Shown in pieces: positions 27,811 through 37,498 of a stretch of 51,243 nucleotides of DNA (its first letter is position 1; every line of letters starts with the position of its first letter). Source of the stretch: a virus (lineage: Duplodnaviria > Caudoviricetes); IMG/VR virus record IMGVR_UViG_3300030012_001662, positions 1-51,243 of that record. One strand, given 5' to 3'. The position numbers were made by a program, and so were the translations under genes. The notes under the pieces are model-generated. The model worked only from the letters and a program-made list of their open reading frames with translations, ran no database searches and was not told the origin of the DNA.

Positions 27811-28245
27811 TTAGGCCTCCACGTATATTGAGCCTGCATTTACAAAGCCCAATCTCTTATAAAAATTATCTTTTCTTTCTACATCACCAGAAAAGACATG
27901 TCCTAATCTTAATTTCATTTTAGCATCTTTTGCTGTTTTAATATAGGTTTGTATTAATTTTTTTGCCACATCACTTTTTCTTTGGTCTTTAAATACATAA
28001 AACCAAACATCTCCTACATATTTTTCTTCACTCCACCAATCAGCACAAATTTGTCCAGCAATAGAACCTTGTATTTTGTTATCTTTAATAGAAACAAATA
28101 CCAAACCATTATGCACTAACTCATTGATTTTACTAATTAGTTTCATTGAGCTTATTTTTGGCACGTTAATCTCTGTCTCCTTGTGCATGGTATCTAGCAT
28201 TATAGTTAATGCTGATATATCTAAAACTGTGGCTCGACGTATCAT
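27811..28245 (-). CDS. GNAT family acyltransferase
   Basis: MIRRAT..D, WFYV...QRKS.VAKKL, FYKRLGF motifs. Confidence 0.88.
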   Translation of the reverse strand: MIRRATVLDISALTIMLDTMHKETEINVPKISSMKLISKINELVHNGLVFVSIKDNKIQGSIAGQICADWWSEEKYVGDVWFYVFKDQRKSDVAKKLIQTYIKTAKDAKMKLRLGHVFSGDVERKDNFYKRLGFVNAGSIYVEA

Positions 28246-28550
28246 GCAATATCTTTCAATGCTCCCATATTTTCTTCTGGTGGCATTTCTGCTTTTGTCT
28301 CTTTCATTTCAGGCTCTTCGCCTTCTTTCATTGAAACTATCTTTTCTATCAACATACCTAATTCTGGTAAAAATTTCATTAATACATTCATGACCTTAGG
28401 CGAAATTGCCTCATCTAATGCATTAAGTTCTTCTTCTGTCATTTCTGCTAATCGCATCATTAATACCGTCTGCATTTCTTCTGATGGGTTGAATATCATT
28501 TTTCTGGCTTCTTCGTTAGGTGGCTCTATGCCTACATCTTCTAATGCCAT
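28242..28550 (-). CDS. Hypothetical Met/Glu-rich protein
   Basis: Coupled ORF. Confidence 0.7.
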   Translation of the reverse strand: MALEDVGIEPPNEEARKMIFNPSEEMQTVLMMRLAEMTEEELNALDEAISPKVMNVLMKFLPELGMLIEKIVSMKEGEEPEMKETKAEMPPEENMGALKDIA

Positions 28551-29882
28551 TTAAATCTCCTTTTTATTATATAAAACAGACCAATCTGTTTCTTTACAAA
28601 ATTTACCTAGAATATAACAGGTTTTTTCTCCAATAAATCTGTATATTTTGCCTAAATAATCTGGTTTGTCTCTTTTACCAAGAATATATTTAACTTCGTT
28701 AAGTCTATGGTTTGCTATATGGTGCCATAATTTAACAGATTTACCTTGTCGCATTTTACGAACAATAGATACTGCCCATATGTGATAACCATTTACATGA
28801 GTTGGTGTTAAATATTTTTGCGTAAAATAATAATCAATTAAAATATCTTCTGTGGTCATCATGCCATGTCTTCTTAATTCATTACATATCACACGACCAC
28901 CTATTGATGCACCAACTGTCGCACCAACAACAGAACCTATTGGACCACCTAAAACAGTTCCAACATATGTTCCAACCGCGGCTCCTGCACCTTTTTTAGC
29001 TGATTTTGCAGGGTCTTTGCCTTTTGTTAATAATAAATCTGTGAAAAATGTTGCAACACCTGCACCTCCACTAGCACCTAATGTTGATGTAGATGTTGCA
29101 TCTGCCCTAACTCTATCGAAATAATCCGCTTTTTCTGGTAAGGTGCCACTTGTGTAATTCTGAAAGTTACCTTTAATGTTAACTTGTTTTTGTTTATCTG
29201 CACTACTTTCTAAACCTTTGATGACATCTCCATCACCTTTATAGGCAAATACAGCATCTTCACCTTTTCCAGATATATCAACTCTACTTTCTGCAGGTAT
29301 CTTTTTAAATAAATCTATATTACCTGATGCTCTGGCAATATCTTCATTTGCCAATGCTTCATTGAAAATTAGATTATCAGTTTGTAATTTTGCTCTTGCT
29401 GTTTTGCCTATTCTATCTGCACCTACTTGATTTAATAAATCGCTTGTTGTTTTTGTAAGACCAAATGCAGATTTTATGCCTTCAAAAACAGGTGTGCCTG
29501 TTGCTAATGCTTCACCTGCACCTGCACCTATGGTACTTGTAATACCGATTGCTGTATCTGCAATCATTTGTTGTTCAATTTGTTCTGGTGTCAAGAAACC
29601 CGGAGGTGTACCTATTTTTTTAAATTCTTCTAATTTTTGTCTGTCATCAGGATTATTTGGGTCATATTTTCTTTGTCCAGTTTGTATTGTCGTTACCCAT
29701 TCAAATATAGGCATTGCACTTGTACCATATGTTTTCTGTAAATCTTGTTGTGAAACATCAGGCTTTTGTGTGGCTAATTGATAAACACCATATGTAAAAT
29801 CATCTACTCTTGGTTCTGTTTTTTCAGTATCATCAAGTGTAAGTATGTCGCCAAATGCACCATATAGTGGTTCTTCTGCCAT
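28551..29882 (-). CDS. Putative virion protein with glycine zipper and C-terminal 'IC..NGY..W' domain
   Basis: GAAVGTYVG..LGGPIG..VGA glycine zipper followed by GGRVICNEL...NGYHIW. Confidence 0.7.
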   Translation of the reverse strand: MAEEPLYGAFGDILTLDDTEKTEPRVDDFTYGVYQLATQKPDVSQQDLQKTYGTSAMPIFEWVTTIQTGQRKYDPNNPDDRQKLEEFKKIGTPPGFLTPEQIEQQMIADTAIGITSTIGAGAGEALATGTPVFEGIKSAFGLTKTTSDLLNQVGADRIGKTARAKLQTDNLIFNEALANEDIARASGNIDLFKKIPAESRVDISGKGEDAVFAYKGDGDVIKGLESSADKQKQVNIKGNFQNYTSGTLPEKADYFDRVRADATSTSTLGASGGAGVATFFTDLLLTKGKDPAKSAKKGAGAAVGTYVGTVLGGPIGSVVGATVGASIGGRVICNELRRHGMMTTEDILIDYYFTQKYLTPTHVNGYHIWAVSIVRKMRQGKSVKLWHHIANHRLNEVKYILGKRDKPDYLGKIYRFIGEKTCYILGKFCKETDWSVLYNKKEI

Positions 29883-30205
29883 TAATTAACCTCCAAAAAG
29901 CTTATAATTATGTGCAATCTATCTGCTGTTGTTGCCTGTGCTTTTATAATTTCGCTTTCTTGCATTATAAGTGGTTGTTCTAATAATTCAACTGTTGTAT
30001 TAGAGGCAACTGATTTTGCCTTAAATAAACTAAATACACTGGCACTGGCATCTGTAAGTGTTATATCAATTGTATCTGAACTACCACTATCATTGCTTAT
30101 TAAAATACTTTTTATTACTGATTGTGTTGCGGTAGGGCAGGTGTATATTGTCGTGTTGCCTGTAGATGTTAAATCAGCCTTCGCATTTTTAAAATTATTA
30201 GCCAA
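29882..30205 (-). CDS. Virion structural protein
   Basis: MAN.FKN...IYTCP...KSIL pattern; beta-rich; in the tail module. Confidence 0.7.
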   Translation of the reverse strand: MANNFKNAKADLTSTGNTTIYTCPTATQSVIKSILISNDSGSSDTIDITLTDASASVFSLFKAKSVASNTTVELLEQPLIMQESEIIKAQATTADRLHIIISFLEVN

Positions 30206-30392
30206 AGAAAAATCCCTTTGCTGTTGCTTGGTCTTCTGTTTCTTGTGTTTGTGCTTGTGTTGTTCTATTTACCTGTGTTTGTTGTATTTCTAACGCAGAT
30301 ACCAAATTTCTTGAGAAATCAAATAATTGTCGTGCAGAATCTAATGCATTTGTTAATTTATAAACGCTTGGTGGCTGTGGTAATCTAATCAT
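30198..30392 (-). CDS. Small tail-associated protein
   Basis: RLPQPP..Y start; coupled to neighbours. Confidence 0.65.
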   Translation of the reverse strand: MIRLPQPPSVYKLTNALDSARQLFDFSRNLVSALEIQQTQVNRTTQAQTQETEDQATAKGFFFG

Positions 30393-32278
30393 CTAAAAGA
30401 ATCCTCTTTTGCATTAATTCTAAAATCACCTAATGACCAATCATCATTTGTGCCAGTGCTAGAATATTTTACTGATATTTGTCTACCTTTTGCTCTTGTA
30501 CTTACCTTTTCTGTAGATTGTGTTATTGTAAATGGTCCTTTTGTTATCTCAGTACCGTTTGGGAATTTGCGACATTTAAATTCTAAAAATAAGTTTGTAT
30601 CACTAGTTAATGTTGCATCAGGGACAATCCTATCAATTAAAAAGGTTTTATTACCTGTTTCATCAATTTCAAGTTCTGAACTTTCTACAAAACAATTCAT
30701 TGCATCACCATCTGCACTTGTGCCGCTTTCATGATTATATAATCTACCACTAGCATCAAATGCAAAAGGTACTGTCCTAAAACCTTGAGCATCTAGCCAA
30801 ACATTTCTATCTAATGTACCAACTGTCCATACGTTTTCTACATAATTGTATGTAACATAACTATCTGGCTCAGGATTTACTGTACCAAGCGAATTATCTT
30901 CACTTACATAATACCATATTATCTCATTAAATTTTTTATTTTGACCAACGTATGTTTTATCAATGTATCTTTGTTGTATTCTGTTAAAAACAAAATATTT
31001 TACAGTACATGGTAATTCTTGAACAGCACCATTATAAACAAAGAAATTACTTTTACCTATCCAATAAACATTACCATCAACACTAATAGAACCATTTTGT
31101 GCAACTGCACCACAATTCACTGCCAATAATCTAAAAGAAAAAGTAAATGGTGGACCAACAAAATTCATTCCATAAACAGCTTCATCTGTATTTATAAATG
31201 TTTCATCTTTTGTAGGTATAATAGAAACAATTTTATTACCAACCTCTAATCTTTGGTCTCCAGCGGTATTAGTTGCAGTTGGTGTAAATTTTGTAAAATC
31301 TTCTTGGTCGGAAAATCTAACTAACATTGGGTCTTGGTCAGTTGTACCAATCAATGTTGTACCACCAACTATTAAATGTCTGTCTGGGAAAGAAATTGCT
31401 ATTGTTCTATTCTTTGTTGGCACATCTGTAGCACCTGCTAAACTTGACGCTAAAACTGCTCTTGTTGATTCTCCTCCTGATAAATCCCAATAATATATTT
31501 GTCCATTTCTATTGTTTGCTAATAAATCGTCTCCCCATAATTGCAAAGACCATTGTGTTGCTTCTAATGCAACTGTATCACTTGCAACATCTCTTGCTGT
31601 ACCCCATGTACTTTCGCCCCATGTACCTACACCCCAACCTGTTGCAGTATCTGCACTTTCAATATTCATTTGTGCATCACGACCAATAAGATATTCTATA
31701 TCTAATCCTGTACCACCACCTGTTGCATTACTAGATGCTTGACTTGGTGCTTCTATTGTAAATGTATTTGTGCCAGTAACTGTAATTTCATAACCTTGTA
31801 CCCTATTTAAAGTATCTGCATCAATACCACCAACTGCTGTTGCTTCTTTTATAACAATATAATCGCCACTTTTCCCACCATGTCCAGTATCTGTAACAGT
31901 TATTGTTGTAGAATTATTGGTTGTTTCCAATGGGTTAGAAAGGTTTAATGATGTTTTACGTAAAGGTGTAATATCATATAAAACACCACTATTTATTATA
32001 TATAAATGACTATGTGTACCGAGAGCAATTCTATCAATACCATCTGCTATTGACCTCCAAAATATTGCATTTTTTGGTTTGCCTTGTGCCAATATTGTAG
32101 ACTCTGTATTTACATTATTAAAATAAGTTTCTTGTTCCCAACCACCTATTTTTGTTGGGTAACCATTTCTAAATCTAATTAAATTACTATCAATGTAAAA
32201 TGGTCCATTTTTACCTGCTGAATATTCAGTTATATCTTTTACAATACCTGCATTTAATTTTAAAAGTCTATAGCTCAA
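30389..32278 (-). CDS. Tail nozzle / DNA stabilization protein (P22 gp10-like)
   Basis: RFRNGYP.KIGGW, RFSDQED, TNTAG motifs; beta-propeller-like size. Confidence 0.75.
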   Translation of the reverse strand: MSYRLLKLNAGIVKDITEYSAGKNGPFYIDSNLIRFRNGYPTKIGGWEQETYFNNVNTESTILAQGKPKNAIFWRSIADGIDRIALGTHSHLYIINSGVLYDITPLRKTSLNLSNPLETTNNSTTITVTDTGHGGKSGDYIVIKEATAVGGIDADTLNRVQGYEITVTGTNTFTIEAPSQASSNATGGGTGLDIEYLIGRDAQMNIESADTATGWGVGTWGESTWGTARDVASDTVALEATQWSLQLWGDDLLANNRNGQIYYWDLSGGESTRAVLASSLAGATDVPTKNRTIAISFPDRHLIVGGTTLIGTTDQDPMLVRFSDQEDFTKFTPTATNTAGDQRLEVGNKIVSIIPTKDETFINTDEAVYGMNFVGPPFTFSFRLLAVNCGAVAQNGSISVDGNVYWIGKSNFFVYNGAVQELPCTVKYFVFNRIQQRYIDKTYVGQNKKFNEIIWYYVSEDNSLGTVNPEPDSYVTYNYVENVWTVGTLDRNVWLDAQGFRTVPFAFDASGRLYNHESGTSADGDAMNCFVESSELEIDETGNKTFLIDRIVPDATLTSDTNLFLEFKCRKFPNGTEITKGPFTITQSTEKVSTRAKGRQISVKYSSTGTNDDWSLGDFRINAKEDSFR

Positions 32279-32721
32279 ACTGATATATTCCCCATTCTTT
32301 TACATAATCTTTCCGCTCTGTTCGGTACTTGCGAATACCATTTTGAATTTCGCATTTCGGTTTCTGCACCTTTCCAATTATGATTTGTAACATTTTCTTT
32401 CATACGGATAAATTTAGATAAACGAGGTCGCCCAAGATTAAACATCATGTTTGCAATAATTAATTGTGCTTCATCTGGTAATGTATAAAATTCGTCATAA
32501 AGTATTGTACAATCTTCAAGTACCTTTTCTACGTCTTTTAAGAAGCACTCGTTAACTCTTTCTTCACTTACCTCTGTGCCTACCTCAAAATCGTTTTCTG
32601 GGTCTGTAGCCTTACATAAATGCCCTATTCCAAAAGTTTTATAACCGAGATGGTCTAAATACACCTCGTATTTAACTCCCTCGTCTTCAATCAACTCTGT
32701 TTTTAATTGTTCAATATCCAT
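32275..32721 (-). CDS. Endolysin, T4-type lysozyme (GH24)
   Basis: DEG....VYLD.LG..TFGIGH, NMMFNLG, SKWY.QVPNRA motifs. Confidence 0.93.
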   Translation of the reverse strand: MDIEQLKTELIEDEGVKYEVYLDHLGYKTFGIGHLCKATDPENDFEVGTEVSEERVNECFLKDVEKVLEDCTILYDEFYTLPDEAQLIIANMMFNLGRPRLSKFIRMKENVTNHNWKGAETEMRNSKWYSQVPNRAERLCKRMGNISV

Positions 32722-32898
32722 CTAAACCTCTTTTAAAACATCTAATTCTGACCATGCTGAATATTTTGAATTGCTAACATCATAATCTTCTTCTGTATTT
32801 TGACAAGCAGGGCATATATATCTAACATCTGTAATAACATCTTTATCTGAAAATATTTGTTTTTTCATAACAATTTTGCATCTATAACATAATCTCAT
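32722..32898 (-). CDS. Zinc-ribbon protein, 58 aa
   Basis: Read manually: CYRC...CPAC. Confidence 0.6.
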   Translation of the reverse strand: MRLCYRCKIVMKKQIFSDKDVITDVRYICPACQNTEEDYDVSNSKYSAWSELDVLKEV

Positions 32899-33290
32899 TT
32901 TGTAAGACCTTTTTGTTTTTCATATGTCCTGAGTCCTCCGATACCAAGCATTCCGCCGAGAACAGTTAAAAGTGTACCCATATCAAAGCTCGGCAAATCA
33001 GGAATTGTTGCACCAGCAAAACTTGCACCAAATATAATTAAATCTTTTAAGATAAAATGATAAGCAAAAGCAATCGCACAGACCCACCCAACTGCTGGGC
33101 GCCAACCGCCCTTAAATAAAGAACCTGATTGTGCCTCTGCTTTATTTATTTCTAACTGAGCAAGTAAAGCCTCCTGAGCATGTTTCTCAGACATAGTAGC
33201 TATCTCGTGTGCCAATTTAGCCTTTTGGTCGGCATCAGGTATAAATTTATCTAATAAACTTGTAACTGGTCCAATTAATGCCTGTAACAT
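32895..33290 (-). CDS. 3TM holin (GTA-type)
   Basis: GWRPAVGWVC and GMLGIGGLRTYEK motifs. Confidence 0.9.
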   Translation of the reverse strand: MLQALIGPVTSLLDKFIPDADQKAKLAHEIATMSEKHAQEALLAQLEINKAEAQSGSLFKGGWRPAVGWVCAIAFAYHFILKDLIIFGASFAGATIPDLPSFDMGTLLTVLGGMLGIGGLRTYEKQKGLTK

Positions 33291-33301
33291 CTAAACCTCC
33301 A

Positions 33302-33448
33302 TCAAGACCCACATCTTGGGCATCTTTTTTTTTCAAATCTACTATCTATCCATACTTTACCATAATAAAGAATAAATAGCCAAAAGGTAAATAATACACC
33401 TTCTGCATAACTTAAATCATTCCAAGCATCTAGAACCATGTTTTCCAT
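33302..33448 (-). CDS. Small membrane protein, 48 aa
   Basis: Read manually; GGGAGG RBS; one TM segment. Confidence 0.6.
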   Translation of the reverse strand: MENMVLDAWNDLSYAEGVLFTFWLFILYYGKVWIDSRFEKKRCPRCGS

Positions 33449-33465
33449 ATGCACCTCCCTAAAGG

Positions 33466-33780
33466 TTACTTTTTATTCATGAAAGCAGAAACACCCATAT
33501 ATGCACCCACAATACCAGCGCCACTAATGTAAAATAAATTTGAAATATCCGAAAGAGCCTTAACTCTTTCAATATCAACAAAAAACATTGCCAAAGTAAA
33601 ACTACCCATAGCAACCAAACTGGCAGTTGCCATTCTTCTTTGTGCTCTTTGTTTTCGTAAATCATGCTCAAGTTTTTTTATTTCTGTAACATGAGCTAAT
33701 TCTTCATCAGTAACAATCCCATCGCCATCAGAATCATATTCATCATATGCACTATCTTTTTGTAGTTGTTTTCTGCTCAT
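33466..33780 (-). CDS. EF-hand plus two-TM membrane protein
   Basis: DSDGDGIVTDEE EF-hand loop; two hydrophobic helices; start MSRKQ. Confidence 0.75.
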   Translation of the reverse strand: MSRKQLQKDSAYDEYDSDGDGIVTDEELAHVTEIKKLEHDLRKQRAQRRMATASLVAMGSFTLAMFFVDIERVKALSDISNLFYISGAGIVGAYMGVSAFMNKK

Positions 33781-34388
33781 ACAAAAGGTTTCCCACAAAA
33801 CCAAGCAACTAAAGAATACCTAGTTCCCTCTGTAATTGGTTTAACCCTATGCACCATATAAGATGGAAATACTATAACAGTTCCTGTTTTTTCTTTAATT
33901 AATCTTTTTTCGTCAAAAAATTCAAATTCGCCACCTTCATAATCTTCATTCAACACAATCGTCATTGATAGTTTTCTTGTTTTACCATGTAATACTTCAT
34001 TGTTAGGCATGTTATATGAGGTAAAACCATTACCATCAAAATGAAAATCATAATGTCCATTCTTTTTATATTTCGTTATTTGCATAGGTTCGCATCTATC
34101 TACATCAAAATTCCAATTAGAATTTGTATTAGCAGAATTAAGGTATTCCCAACAAAGTTCGTAAAGCCATTTATCATTTGACCAAGCTACATCAGTTTTT
34201 CTTACGTTTGTATCTATTGATTTTTTTGAAACAACATTACGTTGTATTTCAGCCTCTTGCCATTTATCTTTACCTAAATTTATTATATCTTGGCAAGTTT
34301 CTTTGGTGACTGCATTTTCAAAAACCCAATAATTGAATTCTGCATTTTTGAAATTTTCTTTATTTTTTCTTAAATTAATTACATTCAT
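33777..34388 (-). CDS. 2OG-Fe(II) oxygenase (PKHD / prolyl-hydroxylase-like)
   Basis: HFD, RKLS, YEGG, FPSY..HRV.P...G.RYSLV.W motifs. Confidence 0.92.
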   Translation of the reverse strand: MNVINLRKNKENFKNAEFNYWVFENAVTKETCQDIINLGKDKWQEAEIQRNVVSKKSIDTNVRKTDVAWSNDKWLYELCWEYLNSANTNSNWNFDVDRCEPMQITKYKKNGHYDFHFDGNGFTSYNMPNNEVLHGKTRKLSMTIVLNEDYEGGEFEFFDEKRLIKEKTGTVIVFPSYMVHRVKPITEGTRYSLVAWFCGKPFV

Positions 34389-34621
34389 GGAGATAATGTT
34401 AATTGGTCATCTTTAAAATACATAACAATCTTAGCTACAGTTTCCCATTGACTATATTCAATCAGTTGAACACCTGCCTCTAATTCAGTTTCTGAACTGT
34501 CGTAATTAAAATCTTGCAAACTCCAAACACTAGAGTCTAAATCACTAGGTAGAACTCCATCAGAAACTTTACCCAAACATTGTGACGTACTATTATTAAC
34601 TATTATTTTATGTAGAGCCAT
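34385..34621 (-). CDS. Hypothetical protein
   Basis: ORF between the Gly-rich gene and the oxygenase; probable start MALHK. Confidence 0.55.
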   Translation of the reverse strand: MALHKIIVNNSTSQCLGKVSDGVLPSDLDSSVWSLQDFNYDSSETELEAGVQLIEYSQWETVAKIVMYFKDDQLTLSP

Positions 34622-35519
34622 AAATTGTTCCATTATTTGTTAATGTTCTTGATGTGCCTGTTATAGCCGCTCCACCTGAGCCACCCGGATTTGCAACTGA
34701 GGTTGGGTAATATCCAACACCCCCCGGCGCACCCCAGCCTCCGCCGCCTCCGCCGCCACCCATGTCTCCACCAGTGTTAGCTCCTGAACTGCCCGGATTG
34801 CCTGCTGAACCACCAGCTCCACCCGGTCCACTATTACTACCTCCAGAGCCTCCAGTACCGGGGAGTATTCTTCCACCTCCACCAGAACCAGCGTTGCCTG
34901 AAAATGATGTAGCCATACCACCACCTCCAGCGCCTCCACCACCTCCAGCACCCGGGCCAGAACCACTAGAACCTGAATTACCTATAGAACCTCCAGTACC
35001 AGCGGTACCCATACCTCCCCCGGGACCTCCACCAGCACCTCCGCCACCAGCACCGTTTCTACCTCTACCTCCACTACCACCACCTCCTGCGATAAAAGCA
35101 CCAGAGTTGTTGATAATTGTTACGCCTGATGATGTTACATTAATAGCTGGTCCACCATTGTTTGGACTATATCCACCAGTTCCACCTTTACCTATTATGT
35201 ATCCATTATTAATTATGGTACAAGGTATATTGATTGTCATTCCTGCAGTAGATGTACTGTTTGACCAAATATAAACACCACTGTTAATTATCATTGTTTC
35301 ACCAGAGGATATGTAACTTGATACTGTCATTTGCTGAACACTACTGGTTATTGCTGTAGCGTCTTGAGTTCCACCAAAATCTGCTGACATAGTAATTGCA
35401 CCCGAACTTGGTGCATTACCTTTACCATAATATTCAGAAAGTGAGATAGGGTTAGAACCACCATATTCTGCTTGAATTTCAGATAAACTTATTGCTGAGC
35501 CGACTGGTGGAAGTGCCAT
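34608..35519 (-). CDS. Glycine-rich tail-tip / adhesin-like protein
   Basis: AISLSEIQAEYGGSNPISLSEYY N-terminus; GGGGG repeats reminiscent of T-even gp38. Confidence 0.75.
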   Translation of the reverse strand: MALPPVGSAISLSEIQAEYGGSNPISLSEYYGKGNAPSSGAITMSADFGGTQDATAITSSVQQMTVSSYISSGETMIINSGVYIWSNSTSTAGMTINIPCTIINNGYIIGKGGTGGYSPNNGGPAINVTSSGVTIINNSGAFIAGGGGSGGRGRNGAGGGGAGGGPGGGMGTAGTGGSIGNSGSSGSGPGAGGGGGAGGGGMATSFSGNAGSGGGGRILPGTGGSGGSNSGPGGAGGSAGNPGSSGANTGGDMGGGGGGGGWGAPGGVGYYPTSVANPGGSGGAAITGTSRTLTNNGTIYGST

Positions 35520-35522
35520 CTA

Positions 35523-37070
35523 CTATCTCCCTTTTAATTCATCAATTTCTGCTTTAAGGTCTTTTATTGCTTCAATTAAGACCGCCGTAAGTTTACCATA
35601 ATCAACTGATTTAGTTTGCATTTCATCATCAGCAGTTAATACAACCTCTGGAACAATGGCTTCCATATCTTGTGCTAACACACCTATTTGTGGTTTTGCA
35701 TCTTCTATATCATTTCTCTTATAGTGAACACCTTGCATTTTCATGACTTTATCTAAGCCATTTTCTATATTAGAAATATCTGTTTTTAATCTTTTATCAG
35801 AGAAAGCAGTAACATCATTATTAAATGTCGCCGCTCCAGCACCTGATATATCAAGTGTAAGAGCAGTTATAATAGAACCACCATCGTTACCTCTAAATAC
35901 TAAATCAGCGTCAGATATTGTAGATTGCAAAACTGCATTATTACTATCTCCCTTTATTACAAAATATTGGGTTCCATTATCAAGATATCTAACTTCACCA
36001 TTATCATCAGGATCTAATTGTATATTTCCTGCTACATCTACTACTAAATCACCACTTGATAAATCAATCTCTGTGCCATCTATTGTTATATTGTCTACAA
36101 CAACACCACCATTAAAGGTCGCAGAAGTTCCAGTAACTGTACCATTGAATGTGGCATTACCTGCTTCTGACATATCTAATGTCAAAGCTGTTATTCCACT
36201 GCCACCATCATCGCCTTTAAATAATATATCTTTATCTTGCACATTTGCTTGTATTACAAAATCACTTGAACTATTTGTAAATGTACCTATTGATGTTCCA
36301 GCATCTTTAAAAATAATATCTGCACCATCAGCGTCAAGTATGATATCTGCACCAGAATCTAATGTAATTGGATTACCTGCGAATGTTACACCAGTTGTAC
36401 CATCATGGGTTATGGTTACATCTTCATCGGCACCTAAACTTAAAATTGAACTATCACTTAATAATTTAACATCATCACCTGCAACAATATCTTTTGCTAC
36501 ACTTAAACCACCATCTGTTTGTAATGAACCATCTGTTGTGCTTGTTGCCTCTGTTGTATCATCAACAATAACTCTACCTGCCGAAGTTATATTACCTGAT
36601 GTTGAAACAACTGATAATGTGGTCGTACCAGCTAAATTTAAATCAGTAAAAGCATCTACAACTGCCGCTCCACTACCTGCACCATCTAAATAGATTGCCT
36701 TAACATCACCGTTTGGTATCGTTACATTTGCACCTGTACCTTGTGAAATAGTAATACTTTGTGAACCTGTTGTGGCATTTTCTATAAATTGCAATCTACT
36801 AACTGTATTTGGTGCAATTGTTAATGTTCTTGTCGCACTTAAAGTTGCTGATGATGTTATCTTAACATACATGCCTCTTAATGGGTCTGTTGCACCATCT
36901 GCCACAGTTTCAGTTTGGTCTCCATCAGATGCAAAACAATCTTTTGTGGTAAAACTTAAACCTTCTCCAATTAATTCAAGATTGGTATTTGTAATATTAC
37001 CCCATGTACCACTTGCATCTCCAGTGCCGAGTTCATTTAATCTTAAATCATTAACATAGGTACTAGCCAT
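35523..37070 (-). CDS. Tail fibre with C-terminal peptidase S74 intramolecular chaperone
   Basis: SDKRLK.DI, GVLAQD, VDYGKL..VLIEAIKDL motifs; N-terminal GTWG..TN.NL. Confidence 0.9.
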   Translation of the reverse strand: MASTYVNDLRLNELGTGDASGTWGNITNTNLELIGEGLSFTTKDCFASDGDQTETVADGATDPLRGMYVKITSSATLSATRTLTIAPNTVSRLQFIENATTGSQSITISQGTGANVTIPNGDVKAIYLDGAGSGAAVVDAFTDLNLAGTTTLSVVSTSGNITSAGRVIVDDTTEATSTTDGSLQTDGGLSVAKDIVAGDDVKLLSDSSILSLGADEDVTITHDGTTGVTFAGNPITLDSGADIILDADGADIIFKDAGTSIGTFTNSSSDFVIQANVQDKDILFKGDDGGSGITALTLDMSEAGNATFNGTVTGTSATFNGGVVVDNITIDGTEIDLSSGDLVVDVAGNIQLDPDDNGEVRYLDNGTQYFVIKGDSNNAVLQSTISDADLVFRGNDGGSIITALTLDISGAGAATFNNDVTAFSDKRLKTDISNIENGLDKVMKMQGVHYKRNDIEDAKPQIGVLAQDMEAIVPEVVLTADDEMQTKSVDYGKLTAVLIEAIKDLKAEIDELKGR

Positions 37071-37079
37071 TTATACCTC

Positions 37080-37496
37080 CTAAGCTATTGTTATGATAGC
37101 GCTTGCACCTGCCGCTGGGAACACTATTCTAAATGTACCAGAAGACACAGTAAAATCTCCACCAAAATTTAATACAGCTATTGCCTTATTTGAATTAGTG
37201 CTATTATATATCAATGCACCTCTTGCTGTAAATGAAGCACTTGTCCATGTAGGGTCATCAGCATCAAAGAATGCAGTTGTACCACTAGTTGATACAGTTC
37301 TACTTGTTAATTCTACACCACCAGAACTGTAACCAGTTCCTGATATTTCATTTGATGTTGTAAATGCAGTTGTACTTGCATCTAAACTTGCAGAACTTGT
37401 ATAGAGAGCTATCTTTAAAGTATCTGCAACTAAATCGTGTTGTTCATCTAAAATTTCGGATTTAAATGATGTACACATTGCTTGTGTTATTGCCAT
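37080..37496 (-). CDS. Tail structural protein
   Basis: MAITQAMCTSFK, KIALYT, ARGALIYN motifs. Confidence 0.8.
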   Translation of the reverse strand: MAITQAMCTSFKSEILDEQHDLVADTLKIALYTSSASLDASTTAFTTSNEISGTGYSSGGVELTSRTVSTSGTTAFFDADDPTWTSASFTARGALIYNSTNSNKAIAVLNFGGDFTVSSGTFRIVFPAAGASAIITIA

Positions 37497-37498
37497 TG

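Noticed and set aside
34762-36693. Long + strand ORFs (Pro-rich 34762-35274, 35743-36693) and other antisense ORFs
   Set aside because: Shadow frames of Gly/Thr/Asp-rich minus-strand genes; no RBS or motifs
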